Origin: Candidatus Aenigmatarchaeota archaeon | Lineage (GTDB): Archaea; Aenigmatarchaeota; Aenigmatarchaeia; QMZP01; QMZT01 | Length of the DNA stretch: 64,000 bases | Assembly (NCBI GenBank): GCA_003663325.1 | Contig: QMZT01000001.1 | Coordinates: 15,366 to 79,365, forward strand | Direction of reading: 5' to 3' | Part shown: in pieces, positions 35,534 through 45,861 of the stretch | Layout: the number at the start of each line of letters is the position of its first letter | Numbering within the stretch: position 1 is the stretch's first letter | Notes under the pieces: model-generated | What the model saw: only the letters and a program-made list of their open reading frames with translations | Told to the model about the DNA's origin: nothing | The model's database searches: none | Made by a program: the position numbers and the translations under genes

Positions 35534-37885
35534 TTAGCTCTGATTTATTCTCCTTACAATCGTTGCCCCTTCTGTTTCTTTGTTTCTTTCCAGCTTATAA
35601 ATGGCTCCTGTTACAGAATCTGCAAGCATTTCATCATGTGTAATAATGAACACCTGTTCAACAAGATCATTTATTTTCTCTCTTAGCGCGTAGCCAAAAT
35701 GCTCTATCGCGTTCCTATCAAGATTATGTGTAGGCTCATCCAAAATTAACCATCTGAGATTCGGTGTGAATGCAAGGGAAAAGGCTATTCTTAGGGCAAG
35801 ACTAGCCAATGTTCTCTCACCCCCAGATGCCTTTTCAATGTTTATTGGACCTTTTGCACTAAATAGCTTTAATATGTAATCGTTATCCTCAAAATATATA
35901 CCAATTCTATCGAAATCTGGATATGGATAAAGCTCTTCCCATACAGCATTCATAACATTATTTATTGTTTCAAGAAACCTCTCTCTTAGCTGCGTTTGTG
36001 TATTAACAACGACCTCAATAAAGCTATCCATTTTCTTTATTATCTCGTTGAGTTGCTTCACTTCTGCCGAGTACTTATTGTACAATTCTATATCCTTTCT
36101 GTAATATTCCAACGCATTTCTTTTTTCTTTCTCTAACGCATTTAAAGATCTCACCCTTTCTCTAAGCTTCCCCTCTTCCCATACGATCTTGTTAAGTTTT
36201 GATTTGAGATCCTCAAAGTCTATCTTAGCTAGCCAATTTTTAATATGTTCTATTTCTTTCTCCGAACTCTCAATATCACTCTTCATTTTTGTTATTCTTT
36301 GCCTATCCTCCTCAATACCCTTCTTTATAATCTCCATCTCCATAACCTCTCTTTCCTTTATTATTTCACCCTCCAGCTTCTCTCTCGCTTTGTTTAAGGA
36401 ATCCATGCTGGCTTTAATATCTGCTACCCTTTCCTCTATCTGCTCTCTTAATATTGCTATTTCCTTTTCATTATTCTTTACCTCCTCCTCTATGTTACCA
36501 ATTTCCTTGAGTTTATTTTTTGCATTGATGAGATCTTCATAATCACGCTCACAGGCATCCCTTTCCTTTTCAACACTCGCCATTTCCTTTTTCTTCACCT
36601 CGATCGCTTTCTCCCACCTCTCTAATAACTCTTTCTTCTCTTTTATTATCTCCTCCTTTCTTTTATCATCAAGCAAAGAATTGCATACAGGGCATTTTCC
36701 CTTGGCACGGGCTAAATCATCAATAGAGGATTTTGTTTCTTCGATCCTTGCCTCTAAGTGTGCGATTTGATTGCCAATTTTCTCTACTATTTCCTTCTTG
36801 CTCTCTATCACCTCTTCTATAGCTACCTTGTACTTGCTCTCTATTTGCTTGATAATACGCTCAGCCTTTAATTTCTCTTCCCTTGCTATTTCCATATCTT
36901 TTATTTGTCTTTCAAGAACACTTACTCTAGCGTTCTTTTCTGCTATCTCTTTCCTCGAACTATCCAAGTACTTCTCAAGCCTGCTTATCTCATCCCTTAG
37001 CAACGCTATATTTTTTCTAACATCTTCAATATTTTCTGAGATCCCGACCTTGCTAAGCTTCTCAATCTTCTTCTTCAACTCATTCTCTACCTCGTTTACT
37101 TTTGATTTTAGGCTCTCTACGAACCTTTCTTTGGTATGAAGCACTTCACTATTCTTTTCATATGCATGAATAGTATTGGCTAACTCTTCTCTTTTTTTGG
37201 AAAGTGCTGATAGCCTTTTACCCACATTCTCCTGCTCTTTCTTTAAATTTTCTATTTCTTTCTCCAGCTTATTAACAATCTCCTCAACACCCTTCTTTTT
37301 AATATCATCCAGAACCTTGATTTTGCTTTTTTGCTCATCTATCAGCCTATTTTTTATCTTTACAGAACTTTCTCTAACCCTTTCATACCTATCTAACCTT
37401 AGCATATCATCTATTTGTTCCCTTCTCGCACCTCTTGGTATCCTGAGAAAATTCTCTAACCCGTTTTGCTCGGAATAGACAGCTCTAGAGAATAAATCAT
37501 AGTCCAAGCTTAGTATTCTTCTAACCTCTCTTTCCACAGCCTTCGGACCAACCTCTAATAGCTTGTTATTCTCTCTTATCTCTGCGTGGCTTTTCTTGTT
37601 CCTATCCACCACCCTTTTTATATAGTAGGCTTTACCATTGGCTACAAACTCCAATTCTATAACAGCTTCGTTCATTCTTTTAGGCTTCTCCATTATCATA
37701 TCCTCTATTTTTACCTTTCTTGAGGCAAGAGAGGGAAAGTTTCCAAAGAGGGCAAAAGATATGGCTTGCATAACACTACTTTTTCCCGATCCCATAATAC
37801 CTATTAGTGCATTAACACCCCTACTAAATTCAAATTCTGAGTTAAGATGGGATTTCCAGCCAACAAGTTTGATCCTTGTAATCAT
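35534..37885 (-). CDS. rad50: DNA double-strand break repair ATPase Rad50
   Basis: Walker A GIMGSGKSS, coiled coil with CPVC zinc hook, ASGGE, LILDEPT. Confidence 0.95.
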   Translation of the reverse strand: MITRIKLVGWKSHLNSEFEFSRGVNALIGIMGSGKSSVMQAISFALFGNFPSLASRKVKIEDMIMEKPKRMNEAVIELEFVANGKAYYIKRVVDRNKKSHAEIRENNKLLEVGPKAVEREVRRILSLDYDLFSRAVYSEQNGLENFLRIPRGARREQIDDMLRLDRYERVRESSVKIKNRLIDEQKSKIKVLDDIKKKGVEEIVNKLEKEIENLKKEQENVGKRLSALSKKREELANTIHAYEKNSEVLHTKERFVESLKSKVNEVENELKKKIEKLSKVGISENIEDVRKNIALLRDEISRLEKYLDSSRKEIAEKNARVSVLERQIKDMEIAREEKLKAERIIKQIESKYKVAIEEVIESKKEIVEKIGNQIAHLEARIEETKSSIDDLARAKGKCPVCNSLLDDKRKEEIIKEKKELLERWEKAIEVKKKEMASVEKERDACERDYEDLINAKNKLKEIGNIEEEVKNNEKEIAILREQIEERVADIKASMDSLNKAREKLEGEIIKEREVMEMEIIKKGIEEDRQRITKMKSDIESSEKEIEHIKNWLAKIDFEDLKSKLNKIVWEEGKLRERVRSLNALEKEKRNALEYYRKDIELYNKYSAEVKQLNEIIKKMDSFIEVVVNTQTQLRERFLETINNVMNAVWEELYPYPDFDRIGIYFEDNDYILKLFSAKGPINIEKASGGERTLASLALRIAFSLAFTPNLRWLILDEPTHNLDRNAIEHFGYALREKINDLVEQVFIITHDEMLADSVTGAIYKLERNKETEGATIVRRINQS

Positions 37886-38007
37886 ACAATCATAGAATTA
37901 TTTGTAGGTTTATTAAAAATTTAATTATATTCTAATATGGCGATGCTGAGTTTAATTTAGAAGGAAATAGGTACGAGGTGGGCATCATTTCTTGCACATC
38001 AGGGCTT

Positions 38008-38098
38008 ATGAAACCAAGACCTCGCCAATACCTCTTAATCCCGTAACAAATCCGAGGATCGTACCTAAGAAAAATGTGTTAGCGTGTTTGCACGGCTA
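38008..38098 (-). pseudogene. Possible fragment of a TauE/SafE-like permease
   Basis: In frame after two stops following the NifX-like ORF: PCKHANTFFLGTILGFVTGLRGIG. Confidence 0.3.
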
Positions 38099-38434
38099 TT
38101 ATAGTTTTCCACTCAAATAATCCTTTAGGATGTCTTTAATTTTTCTTGGTTTAGTTATAATTGTCTTTACTTTAAGTTTTTCAAACCAACTCATTGCTCT
38201 AGGTCCCATTCCTCCAGCAATGATAACATCTACCTTTTGCTTTACAATAAATTGCGGAATTATACCTGGCTCATGTCTATTGAAAAACGGATTTTCCTTT
38301 ATTTCTACATTTTTTATATCGTTATTTTCTATTTCAACAAAAAGATAATACGGACATCTACCTAAATGGCATGATAATGTACTTTCTAGTCCTTTATTTT
38401 CTTCACTTGCGAATGCTATTTTCATTATTCCCAT
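38099..38434 (-). CDS. NifB/NifX family (FeMo cofactor-binding-like) protein
   Basis: MKIAF...HLGRCPYY, NPF, VDVIIAGGMGPRA; possibly truncated at the C-terminus. Confidence 0.85.
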   Translation of the reverse strand: MGIMKIAFASEENKGLESTLSCHLGRCPYYLFVEIENNDIKNVEIKENPFFNRHEPGIIPQFIVKQKVDVIIAGGMGPRAMSWFEKLKVKTIITKPRKIKDILKDYLSGKL

Positions 38435-38435
38435 C

Positions 38436-38635
38436 TTTCAATATTTTAGAATTTTTCCCCGCTCTTTTGTTTATAAGCCTATAATAAACACTTTTCCATC
38501 TCTTCTTGATCTAACTATCCCCATATTTTCAATTTTGCCGGTTGAATCGAACAGTTGATCATTTCTTTTTTATAGGGAATATTTTTAAGCGGTTTCATCA
38601 CTTAATGCATTGAATATCTTTAGTTCATGTCCCAT
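38436..38635 (-). pseudogene. ArsR family transcriptional regulator, frameshifted
   Basis: Fragments MGHELKIFNALSDET / LKI / ENMGIVRSRRDGK / VYYRLINK lie in different frames with stops. Confidence 0.7.
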
Positions 38636-38752
38636 ATTGATATATTGATATAGATATAAATTTAAAATCCCAAATCCTCTAAAACAAAAACACTTTCTGA
38701 CTTATACGGGATATTATTCTTTATTTTTTTAATACCAAATCAAAAATTAAAT

Positions 38753-39892
38753 ATGAGAATAGCTGTGCTGTCAGACCTTCATCTAGGTTATGGAAATAAT
38801 ACCGAGAGGTACGAGGATAGCTTTAATGCTGCGAAGGAGGCATTGGACAAAGCGAGGCATGCGGATGTTATATTAATAGCTGGAGATATATTTGATGCCC
38901 GTGATCCAAGCTCTGATGTGTTTGCAAGGGCAATGGAGATTTTTGTAGAAATGAAAAGGTATGAGAGCAAGGCAAAAATAATAGAATGCTGCAAGAAACT
39001 TCCAAAAACAGCAACCATTGGCATACCAATAATAGCTATACATGGAACGCATGAAAGAAGAGCGAGGGGGCTTATAAATCCTGTCGAAACAATGGAGAAA
39101 GCAGGATTGCTTATACATTTGCATTGCAGCGGTGTCGGAGTTGAGAAAGATGGTGAAAGGATTTTTATACAGGGCCTCTCTGGTGTACCAGAACAATACA
39201 CGTTAGCAGCGCTAAAAAAATGCGATTTCAGGCCAAAACAGGGATACTTTAACATATTCCTTTTTCACCAATCACTAAAGGAATTTGTATATGACCCAAG
39301 GGGTATAGAAATAAACCAATTGCCTGGTGGGTTTGATGTTTACGTATGCGGTCATGTGCATGAGAGCGCTGTAAAGAAATTGGAAAAAGGTGTGCTTTTA
39401 ATACCCGGATCAACTATACCAACACAGATACTAAAGAATAACCCAACCTTTGGCTTCTGGATGTTTGATGTTATTGATAATAACATAGCTAACTTGCATT
39501 TTGTCGAGCTAGAAAATCAGAGAAAGGTTTATGTTATAAGCGCAACAAGTCCATCTGAAGTGATTAAAAAAATTGATGAGATACTGGCAGGCATGCATGA
39601 TAAAAAGCCAATAATTAGGGTAGATGCAAACCTAAGCCAGCATGAGATAGATATGATAAAAAGTAAATATGAAGGTAAAGCGCTAATGATCTTAAAGGGG
39701 TTGGAGAGAAAGATAGAGGTTGGAAGGATAAGTATAGATGAGCAGATAATGTCTGTTGAAGAACTTGGAAGGATAATCTTAAGGGAGAATATGGAAAAAA
39801 GAGGGCTTGATGCGAAGGTGTTTGAAGAGGTATTTGAGCTTTTGGAGAATGGGAAGATAGAGGATGCAATAAAATTCTTAAAACAAACATGA
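38753..39892 (+). CDS. mre11: DNA double-strand break repair nuclease Mre11
   Basis: SDLHLG, AGDIFD, IHGTHE, FHQS, GHVH; divergent from rad50. Confidence 0.9.
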   Translation: MRIAVLSDLHLGYGNNTERYEDSFNAAKEALDKARHADVILIAGDIFDARDPSSDVFARAMEIFVEMKRYESKAKIIECCKKLPKTATIGIPIIAIHGTHERRARGLINPVETMEKAGLLIHLHCSGVGVEKDGERIFIQGLSGVPEQYTLAALKKCDFRPKQGYFNIFLFHQSLKEFVYDPRGIEINQLPGGFDVYVCGHVHESAVKKLEKGVLLIPGSTIPTQILKNNPTFGFWMFDVIDNNIANLHFVELENQRKVYVISATSPSEVIKKIDEILAGMHDKKPIIRVDANLSQHEIDMIKSKYEGKALMILKGLERKIEVGRISIDEQIMSVEELGRIILRENMEKRGLDAKVFEEVFELLENGKIEDAIKFLKQT

Positions 39893-39915
39893 ATTTTTGG
39901 TAAATATAAAATCGG

Positions 39916-40830
39916 CTATTCTATTATCTCTGCATCATCCACCCTTCCATCACCATTCAGATCAAGACCTCTAACAACATGCGATATGCTGTTTCTTCTA
40001 AATTTGTTTCCATGTAATATTTTTTCCGGATATCTTATAAACGCAACAACGGCCGCCATTGTTCCTTGAAAACGCTTGCCGGCAAGCACTATAATCTTTT
40101 TATTTTTGTTAAATGGATTTTTTATGAGATTGGCAATGCCTATTTCATCCTCCACATACCTTTTTCCACTTATCTTTGATACTATGTCCCTCTCATGACC
40201 CATGTCAAAATAAATATCCATGTGTTTGTTGATAGCCTTTGTTACCATATTCACCGATGGGCCGCCAACAACTATTAGATTCTCTCTTAACTCCTTTTCT
40301 TTAACCTCGGTATCAAGCTTGTAACATTCTGAGTTCGCATGGTTCATGAACGTGCCTAAATAAAGGGCAAGGTCTATCGCGCACGTTGCATCTGTGGCTC
40401 TCGCATTAAAGGGGCCATGAGGGTCTGGAGAACCAACCACGATCTTGAAATTTTGTCGCCCTTCCTTTATGAATGGTTCAAAAATAATAGAAGGCTTTTT
40501 AACCCATGTAGCATTTTTAAAATCATGATCAACTATGAAGGCATAAGCCTTTTTAGAGATCTTATAAAATTTCGCAACTGTCCCATGTCTTTGCTCTCTA
40601 TCAACTTCTTTTAATAAGCCAAGCTTTATAAACCTTCTTACATAGTAATAAACCTTCTGCTCATGCATACCCAATCTTTTTGAAACGTCTATAGGGCATG
40701 AAGGCTTTATAAATTCTTTAAGCACTAACCACCCTGTTTTATTTGTTATCGCATCATATCCAATAAGGTCTTTAAGTATCTTAACCTCTATTACCTTAAC
40801 ACCTTTCTCTGTGTCTATGATGTACTTCAT
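39916..40830 (-). CDS. Winged-HTH regulator fused to an S-layer-like C-terminal domain
   Basis: HEQKVYYY HTH; VVGSPDPHG, NLIVVGGPSVN, AGKRFQGTMAA; DLNGDGRVDD tail. Confidence 0.7.
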   Translation of the reverse strand: MKYIIDTEKGVKVIEVKILKDLIGYDAITNKTGWLVLKEFIKPSCPIDVSKRLGMHEQKVYYYVRRFIKLGLLKEVDREQRHGTVAKFYKISKKAYAFIVDHDFKNATWVKKPSIIFEPFIKEGRQNFKIVVGSPDPHGPFNARATDATCAIDLALYLGTFMNHANSECYKLDTEVKEKELRENLIVVGGPSVNMVTKAINKHMDIYFDMGHERDIVSKISGKRYVEDEIGIANLIKNPFNKNKKIIVLAGKRFQGTMAAVVAFIRYPEKILHGNKFRRNSISHVVRGLDLNGDGRVDDAEIIE

Positions 40831-40969
40831 AATATCACAAAAAATCTAAATATTATAATTTTTACTTTAATAAAATTTAAAAAGTATTTAGCACTGGTGT
40901 TCTTTGGTATAAATTTTTATTTAGTAAAGCGTTTAAATAACCTCCTATTTCTCTAAAATTAGTGAGTCT

Positions 40970-42199
40970 ATGGTAAGCACGCTGAGCGTGTTCAGGGAGT
41001 ATGATATAAGGGGAAGGGTTGGAGAAGAAATAAATACTGAGTTTTGTTATGAAGTGGGAAGGGCGTTAGCAACAGTATACAAAAAACTTGTAATAGGGAT
41101 GGATAAAAGGGAAAGTTCTAAGGATATTTATAAAGCTGTGATAGATGGTATGCTTGATTCTGGTGGGAATGTTATAACACTTTCTGTTTTGCCTACACCC
41201 GTTGTTGCTTTTACTGCAAAAAAACTTAACTGTTACGGTGTACAGATAACCGCTTCGCACAACCCAAAAGGGTACAATGGTATGAAGATTTTTTCAAATA
41301 TGGGGAGAGCATTAAGTAGGGGCGAAAGGTGTTTTGAGCAGGTTTACTTTAAAAGGAAGTGGGTAAAGGGGAACGGGAGTGTCGAGAGGTATAACGCAAA
41401 AAAAGCATATATTAACGCATTCCCAAAGAAGAATCTCAAGCTAAGTGTTGTTATAGATATTGGTGATGGTGTTGGAGAATTTATGGGGAAGGTGTTGAAG
41501 AGGATTGGTTGCAAGGTAAGGATTATAAGGGGTGTGAGGTTCAAATACAACCCGTCTGTAGAAAATATAACAACGTTGAAAGAGTTATCATCAACATGCG
41601 ATGCAGGCTTTGCTGTGGATGGGGATTGTGACAGACTTATGGTTGTGGATGAAAAGGGGAATGTGGTAGATATTAACAGGCTCATAATTCTGTTTTCAAA
41701 GGGAAAGGAGATAGTGACCACATTTGAAACGAGCAATATGATTGAAAGATACGCAAAGGTAAAAAGAGTAAAGACTGGGGATACGTTTATCTCTAGGGAG
41801 CTTAGGAGAAGCAACGCGTTACTTGGTGCCGAGGCAAGTGGTCACTTTTTATGGAAGGAGTGGCTTCTCTATTCCGACCCCATATACACCTCTTACAAAC
41901 TGCTATCTATGATGAATAATGAAAAAAAGCCCCTATCTGAACTTTTGGCATCCACGCCGGAGATATTTGTGGAAAGATTTAACATGCCCTATGCAAGTGG
42001 ATGGGAAGAAAGATTGAGTAAATGGAGATGTGTAAATACTGGGGATGGGGTAAAGATAATATTTGAGAAAGGTTACGGGTTTATAAGAAGATCTGTAACA
42101 GAAGGCGTTTTGAGAGTGACAATAGAAAGCAAGGACAGAAGGTATCTAAGTTATATGAGGAGCATGTTGGAAAATGCTTTAAATATTAAAAAGATTTAA
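40970..42199 (+). CDS. Phosphohexomutase (phosphomannomutase/phosphoglucomutase family)
   Basis: FREYDIRG, ITASHNP, DGDCDR, AEASGH, RRSVTE. Confidence 0.92.
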   Translation: MVSTLSVFREYDIRGRVGEEINTEFCYEVGRALATVYKKLVIGMDKRESSKDIYKAVIDGMLDSGGNVITLSVLPTPVVAFTAKKLNCYGVQITASHNPKGYNGMKIFSNMGRALSRGERCFEQVYFKRKWVKGNGSVERYNAKKAYINAFPKKNLKLSVVIDIGDGVGEFMGKVLKRIGCKVRIIRGVRFKYNPSVENITTLKELSSTCDAGFAVDGDCDRLMVVDEKGNVVDINRLIILFSKGKEIVTTFETSNMIERYAKVKRVKTGDTFISRELRRSNALLGAEASGHFLWKEWLLYSDPIYTSYKLLSMMNNEKKPLSELLASTPEIFVERFNMPYASGWEERLSKWRCVNTGDGVKIIFEKGYGFIRRSVTEGVLRVTIESKDRRYLSYMRSMLENALNIKKI

Positions 42200-42214
42200 T
42201 CGGAATATGTTAAA

Positions 42215-42841
42215 ATGAAGTTAAAGGCGATAATATTTGATATGGACGGGGTTTTGGTCGATCCAAGGGAAACCGCTTATCACTTGTTTTTACATATTGC
42301 AAAAAGGTTTGGGTATAAAGAGCCAGGTAAAGAAGAGGTCATAAGGTTGATAGGTATAAAGATAGAGAAGATCATAGAAAGGTTGTTTGGCGTAGATAAG
42401 CAAGAAGCTTTACGGATTAAACAGCTAGTGATTAGCATGTTTGATGAGTATAATGATAGGTATGGAAAGGTTATAGATAGCGTGGAGAGGGTTTTATCCA
42501 CGCTTAAATACAAAAAGGCTATTGTGTCTAATAGCACAAAGCCGATTGTGCTAAAAACACTTGAAAGATTCAACTTGGAAAAATTCTTTGATGTCATTAT
42601 TACATCAGATGACGTTAGAAAGGAGAAACCAGATCCTGAAGCTTTGCTGTTAGCGATAAAGAAGATGGGGGTAAGTAAGGATGAATGCGTGTTTGTTGGC
42701 GATACAAAAATTGATATGCTTGCAGCAAATAATGCGGGAATAAAATTTATAGGTGTATTAAGCGGGATAGGCAAAAAGGATGAGTTTGGCAACGAAGTTG
42801 TTATACCTTCAATAAAATATTTGCAGGCTGTGGTTTCATGA
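42215..42841 (+). CDS. HAD superfamily hydrolase
   Basis: FDMDGVLVD, KPDPE, VGDTKID. Confidence 0.92.
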   Translation: MKLKAIIFDMDGVLVDPRETAYHLFLHIAKRFGYKEPGKEEVIRLIGIKIEKIIERLFGVDKQEALRIKQLVISMFDEYNDRYGKVIDSVERVLSTLKYKKAIVSNSTKPIVLKTLERFNLEKFFDVIITSDDVRKEKPDPEALLLAIKKMGVSKDECVFVGDTKIDMLAANNAGIKFIGVLSGIGKKDEFGNEVVIPSIKYLQAVVS

Positions 42842-43530
42842 AGATACTTATACTCGCTGCAGGAAAAGGTGTAAGGCTGAGGCCGCTAACACTTAAGAGA
42901 CCAAAACCACTCATAGAGATAAACGGTAAGCCTTTTCTCTCTTATCTTTTAGAAAATATAAACGAGGCTGGGTTTAGGGATATAGGGGTTGTTGTTAATT
43001 ATAAAAAAGAGATGATAATAGATTTTTTGAAAGAAAATGGGATAGAAGCAGAGATTATACCACAACCAAAATTGCTTGGAACAGGAAATGCTATTTTATG
43101 TGCGGAGAAATGGGCTAATGGAGAGGAGTTTGTTGTAGTAAATGGAGATTGCTTATACTCTAGTAGGGATATGGCTATGCTTAGAAAGAAGGACGGGCTT
43201 AATTACGTAGTCGCAACCTTCCACAATAACCCTGAGAGATATGGTGTAATTATAGAGAAGGATGGTATGCTGGAAAGAATAGTTGAAAAACCAAGGGTAT
43301 TTGTTGGAAACAAGATAAACACAGGGCTTTACAAGTTCACAAAGGATATATTTGATGCTTTAAGGAAGATAAGGGTATCGGAAAGGGGGGAGTATGAGGT
43401 TACAGATGCTATAAATATCTTATGTAAAGATAGGCGTGTTAAAGTAGTAAACATAATAGACTATTGGCTTGAATTGGGAAAAATTAGTGATATAAAGGTT
43501 TTAGAAAAGGTCTTGAAGGAATTAAAATAA
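42838..43530 (+). CDS. Sugar-phosphate nucleotidyltransferase
   Basis: ILAAGKGVRLRPLT..PKP, GTGNA, EKP, RGEYEVTD. Confidence 0.92.
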   Translation: MKILILAAGKGVRLRPLTLKRPKPLIEINGKPFLSYLLENINEAGFRDIGVVVNYKKEMIIDFLKENGIEAEIIPQPKLLGTGNAILCAEKWANGEEFVVVNGDCLYSSRDMAMLRKKDGLNYVVATFHNNPERYGVIIEKDGMLERIVEKPRVFVGNKINTGLYKFTKDIFDALRKIRVSERGEYEVTDAINILCKDRRVKVVNIIDYWLELGKISDIKVLEKVLKELK

Positions 43531-44019
43531 AGACATTAACGAGATAAAAGCTGGACCAATCATGCTGCCTACGTATGCTGCAATAATAAATTGAAAGAAC
43601 CTGCCTATTGTTGCAGCCAATAAAAAGGGCTTTATATTCATTCTAAATATACCCCCAGCCCATGTAAAGACCTTGAAAGGTATTGGTGTGAATGCAGCAA
43701 TTAAAATTGCACAGGCTCCATATTTCTTAAACCACCTTTCAACCCTATCTATATGTTTCCCCTTGAATAGCTTCAGGGCAAAGGGATAGCCAAGATACCA
43801 TCCGAGAGCAAAGCCTATCAATGCACCAATAACAGAACCAATAGTTGCTATTATAGTTGTTATTAATGGATCAAGACCAAGGGCTGTGGATGGTGTGATT
43901 ATAACAGCTGTGGGCACAGGAAATATAAAGGATTCGAGAACAGCAATGACGAATGTTCCAAAGAGCCCATAAGATAGTACAAAATTCTGCGCAAGCATTA
44001 TAAATTCATTCAAGACCAT
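43522..44019 (-). CDS. YqaA/DedA (VTT domain) membrane protein
   Basis: ESFIFPVP, GSVIGALIG, FTPIPFKVF. Confidence 0.88.
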   Translation of the reverse strand: MVLNEFIMLAQNFVLSYGLFGTFVIAVLESFIFPVPTAVIITPSTALGLDPLITTIIATIGSVIGALIGFALGWYLGYPFALKLFKGKHIDRVERWFKKYGACAILIAAFTPIPFKVFTWAGGIFRMNIKPFLLAATIGRFFQFIIAAYVGSMIGPAFISLMSLF

Positions 44020-44046
44020 ATTATTCTTTATACCGAAATTATTATA

Positions 44047-44517
44047 TTATTTTCTTATCTCACAAAATACGACACCAACCTTGCTCAATACCTTCTTTAA
44101 ATCATTGCCGTGCATTTGTATGCTAACTTCATTAAGCCCTGCGTTAAAATCTACCATATCGTTAGCAAATATCCCAATATCAGCAAATATCTCTAGCTTT
44201 GTTTTATGTCCAAATGGCGGCACAGCACCAATTTTGCAATTCGTAACGGCAAACACTTCTTTTGGGCTTGCAAGTTTTGGCTTACCACCGACTAATTTTT
44301 TTAATTTCTTGGTATCAACCTTCCTATCAGCAGGAACAAGAGCAACTACAAATTTTTCTTTAAGCTTGAATACCATAGCCTTTACACCCTGCCTTAGCTC
44401 GACACCCCTTGCCCTCGCGGCCTCTTCAGAGGTAAAAACAGGTTTATGCTTGATTACCTTAAACCACGAATTTGTTTCCTTAAGAATCCCTTTAATCCTT
44501 TCAAACTCTTCTTTCAT
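44047..44517 (-). CDS. YbaK/ProX aminoacyl-tRNA deacylase
   Basis: Start at MKEEF; TSEEAA, VKAMV, GAVPPFG, FNAG. Confidence 0.9.
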   Translation of the reverse strand: MKEEFERIKGILKETNSWFKVIKHKPVFTSEEAARARGVELRQGVKAMVFKLKEKFVVALVPADRKVDTKKLKKLVGGKPKLASPKEVFAVTNCKIGAVPPFGHKTKLEIFADIGIFANDMVDFNAGLNEVSIQMHGNDLKKVLSKVGVVFCEIRK

Positions 44518-44572
44518 TAAATAGAATTTCCCCTCTATCCTAAAATAATTAACTTGTAAATTATAATTTAGT

Positions 44573-45667
44573 ATGCAGAGGGATATAAAATGGGTATATA
44601 AGAGCAAGGAGCTAATAAGAGAAGCCAAGAAAAGGCTTTACCCTGCTATACCCTTTGAAGGTGTAATAGGAGATAAATACTTTGATAAAATTGAGATTGG
44701 GAGACCTTTGGTTATGAGCGAAGGTGTTGCAAGGGATTGGTTAGAGCTTAACTATGTTTTTGCTACACATTTTATGCCAAAAAGAAGGCCTGGTATTGGC
44801 GAGATAGGGGCAGAGGTGGAGGAGGGAAAGATTATTATAGATACTTCTGCTCTGAAAAAGTTGAGATGGGTGCTGGAAAGGTTTAGAGATATAGAAACGG
44901 ATTATGAGGATTGGATAAAAGAAAAAGAACAATACGAAAAACTAACCTCTACACTTAGCTCAATATGCTTACTTAATCATATCCCAGTTGACTGTGGGAT
45001 TTATATAGGCGAAAGATATATGTTACTTCCAAATACGAAATTTGTGGATAGCATAAAATCGGCTGGGATAGTGGATAAAAACATAGTGGACAGATTAGAA
45101 AGAATAGTGAAGAGGTATGCACACCTTGTATCGGTTTTATTAGAGATAGAGGAACATTATACAACAATCCCATACGTTGATGATATGATAAGGCTGGACT
45201 CACCCCCAGTGGAAGGTGATATAACGATGCATACACATCCAGGATTTGATGATTTATACGAGGCTTTACCATCAAATAGCGATGTTGGTATATTTGCTAT
45301 GGGTGGCAAGCAACGATATTATGTTATGCGCGTTCCAAATAATGGTTTTTTTAGAGATGTACAAAAAATTGTTGATAGTAAAGCCTTAGATGAGTATGAG
45401 CTGATTAATATAAAGAGAGAGAAAGCCCTGCCTGCAATAAAAGATACGCATATTTTAGGTTTTTGCATAGAAAAGCATGGCAGGAATGCTTTACTCAGGC
45501 CTGTTATAAATGAGAGGGGGTATGAAAGATACGAAGAGTGGCTGAATGCTAATGGGCTTTATGGAGAAGACATGAATGTAAGGGAAATTGAGTTAGATAC
45601 AGGAAAGGGCAAAATAGAATATGAGGGAGCTATGTTATTTCATACCATATCATCCATAGAAGTGTGA
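44573..45667 (+). CDS. Hypothetical protein with JAB/MPN-like motif
   Basis: MHTHPG...ALPSNSD (HxH...SxxD). Confidence 0.5.
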   Translation: MQRDIKWVYKSKELIREAKKRLYPAIPFEGVIGDKYFDKIEIGRPLVMSEGVARDWLELNYVFATHFMPKRRPGIGEIGAEVEEGKIIIDTSALKKLRWVLERFRDIETDYEDWIKEKEQYEKLTSTLSSICLLNHIPVDCGIYIGERYMLLPNTKFVDSIKSAGIVDKNIVDRLERIVKRYAHLVSVLLEIEEHYTTIPYVDDMIRLDSPPVEGDITMHTHPGFDDLYEALPSNSDVGIFAMGGKQRYYVMRVPNNGFFRDVQKIVDSKALDEYELINIKREKALPAIKDTHILGFCIEKHGRNALLRPVINERGYERYEEWLNANGLYGEDMNVREIELDTGKGKIEYEGAMLFHTISSIEV

Positions 45668-45770
45668 CTATAGCCCAAAATCGTGCAACAATATCCTTGT
45701 AAACTAGAAATGTGAGTAAAGCTATCGTACCAAGTATTACTATTACCCAATCTTCAATATCACCGAGCAT
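45630..45770 (-). CDS. Possible 46-aa membrane protein
   Basis: Manual translation MLGDIEDWVIVILGTIALLTFLVYKDIVARFWAIVTLLWMIWYEIT; overlaps the convergent ORF. Confidence 0.3.
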   Translation of the reverse strand: MLGDIEDWVIVILGTIALLTFLVYKDIVARFWAIVTLLWMIWYEIT

Positions 45771-45861
45771 TTTAATGGACTACGGCAGCCCTCTTCGTCC
45801 ACCTTTAACATCTCCTTTTTGTTCTTTCTTATAATTCTATAAAAAATTAGGATATATTATT

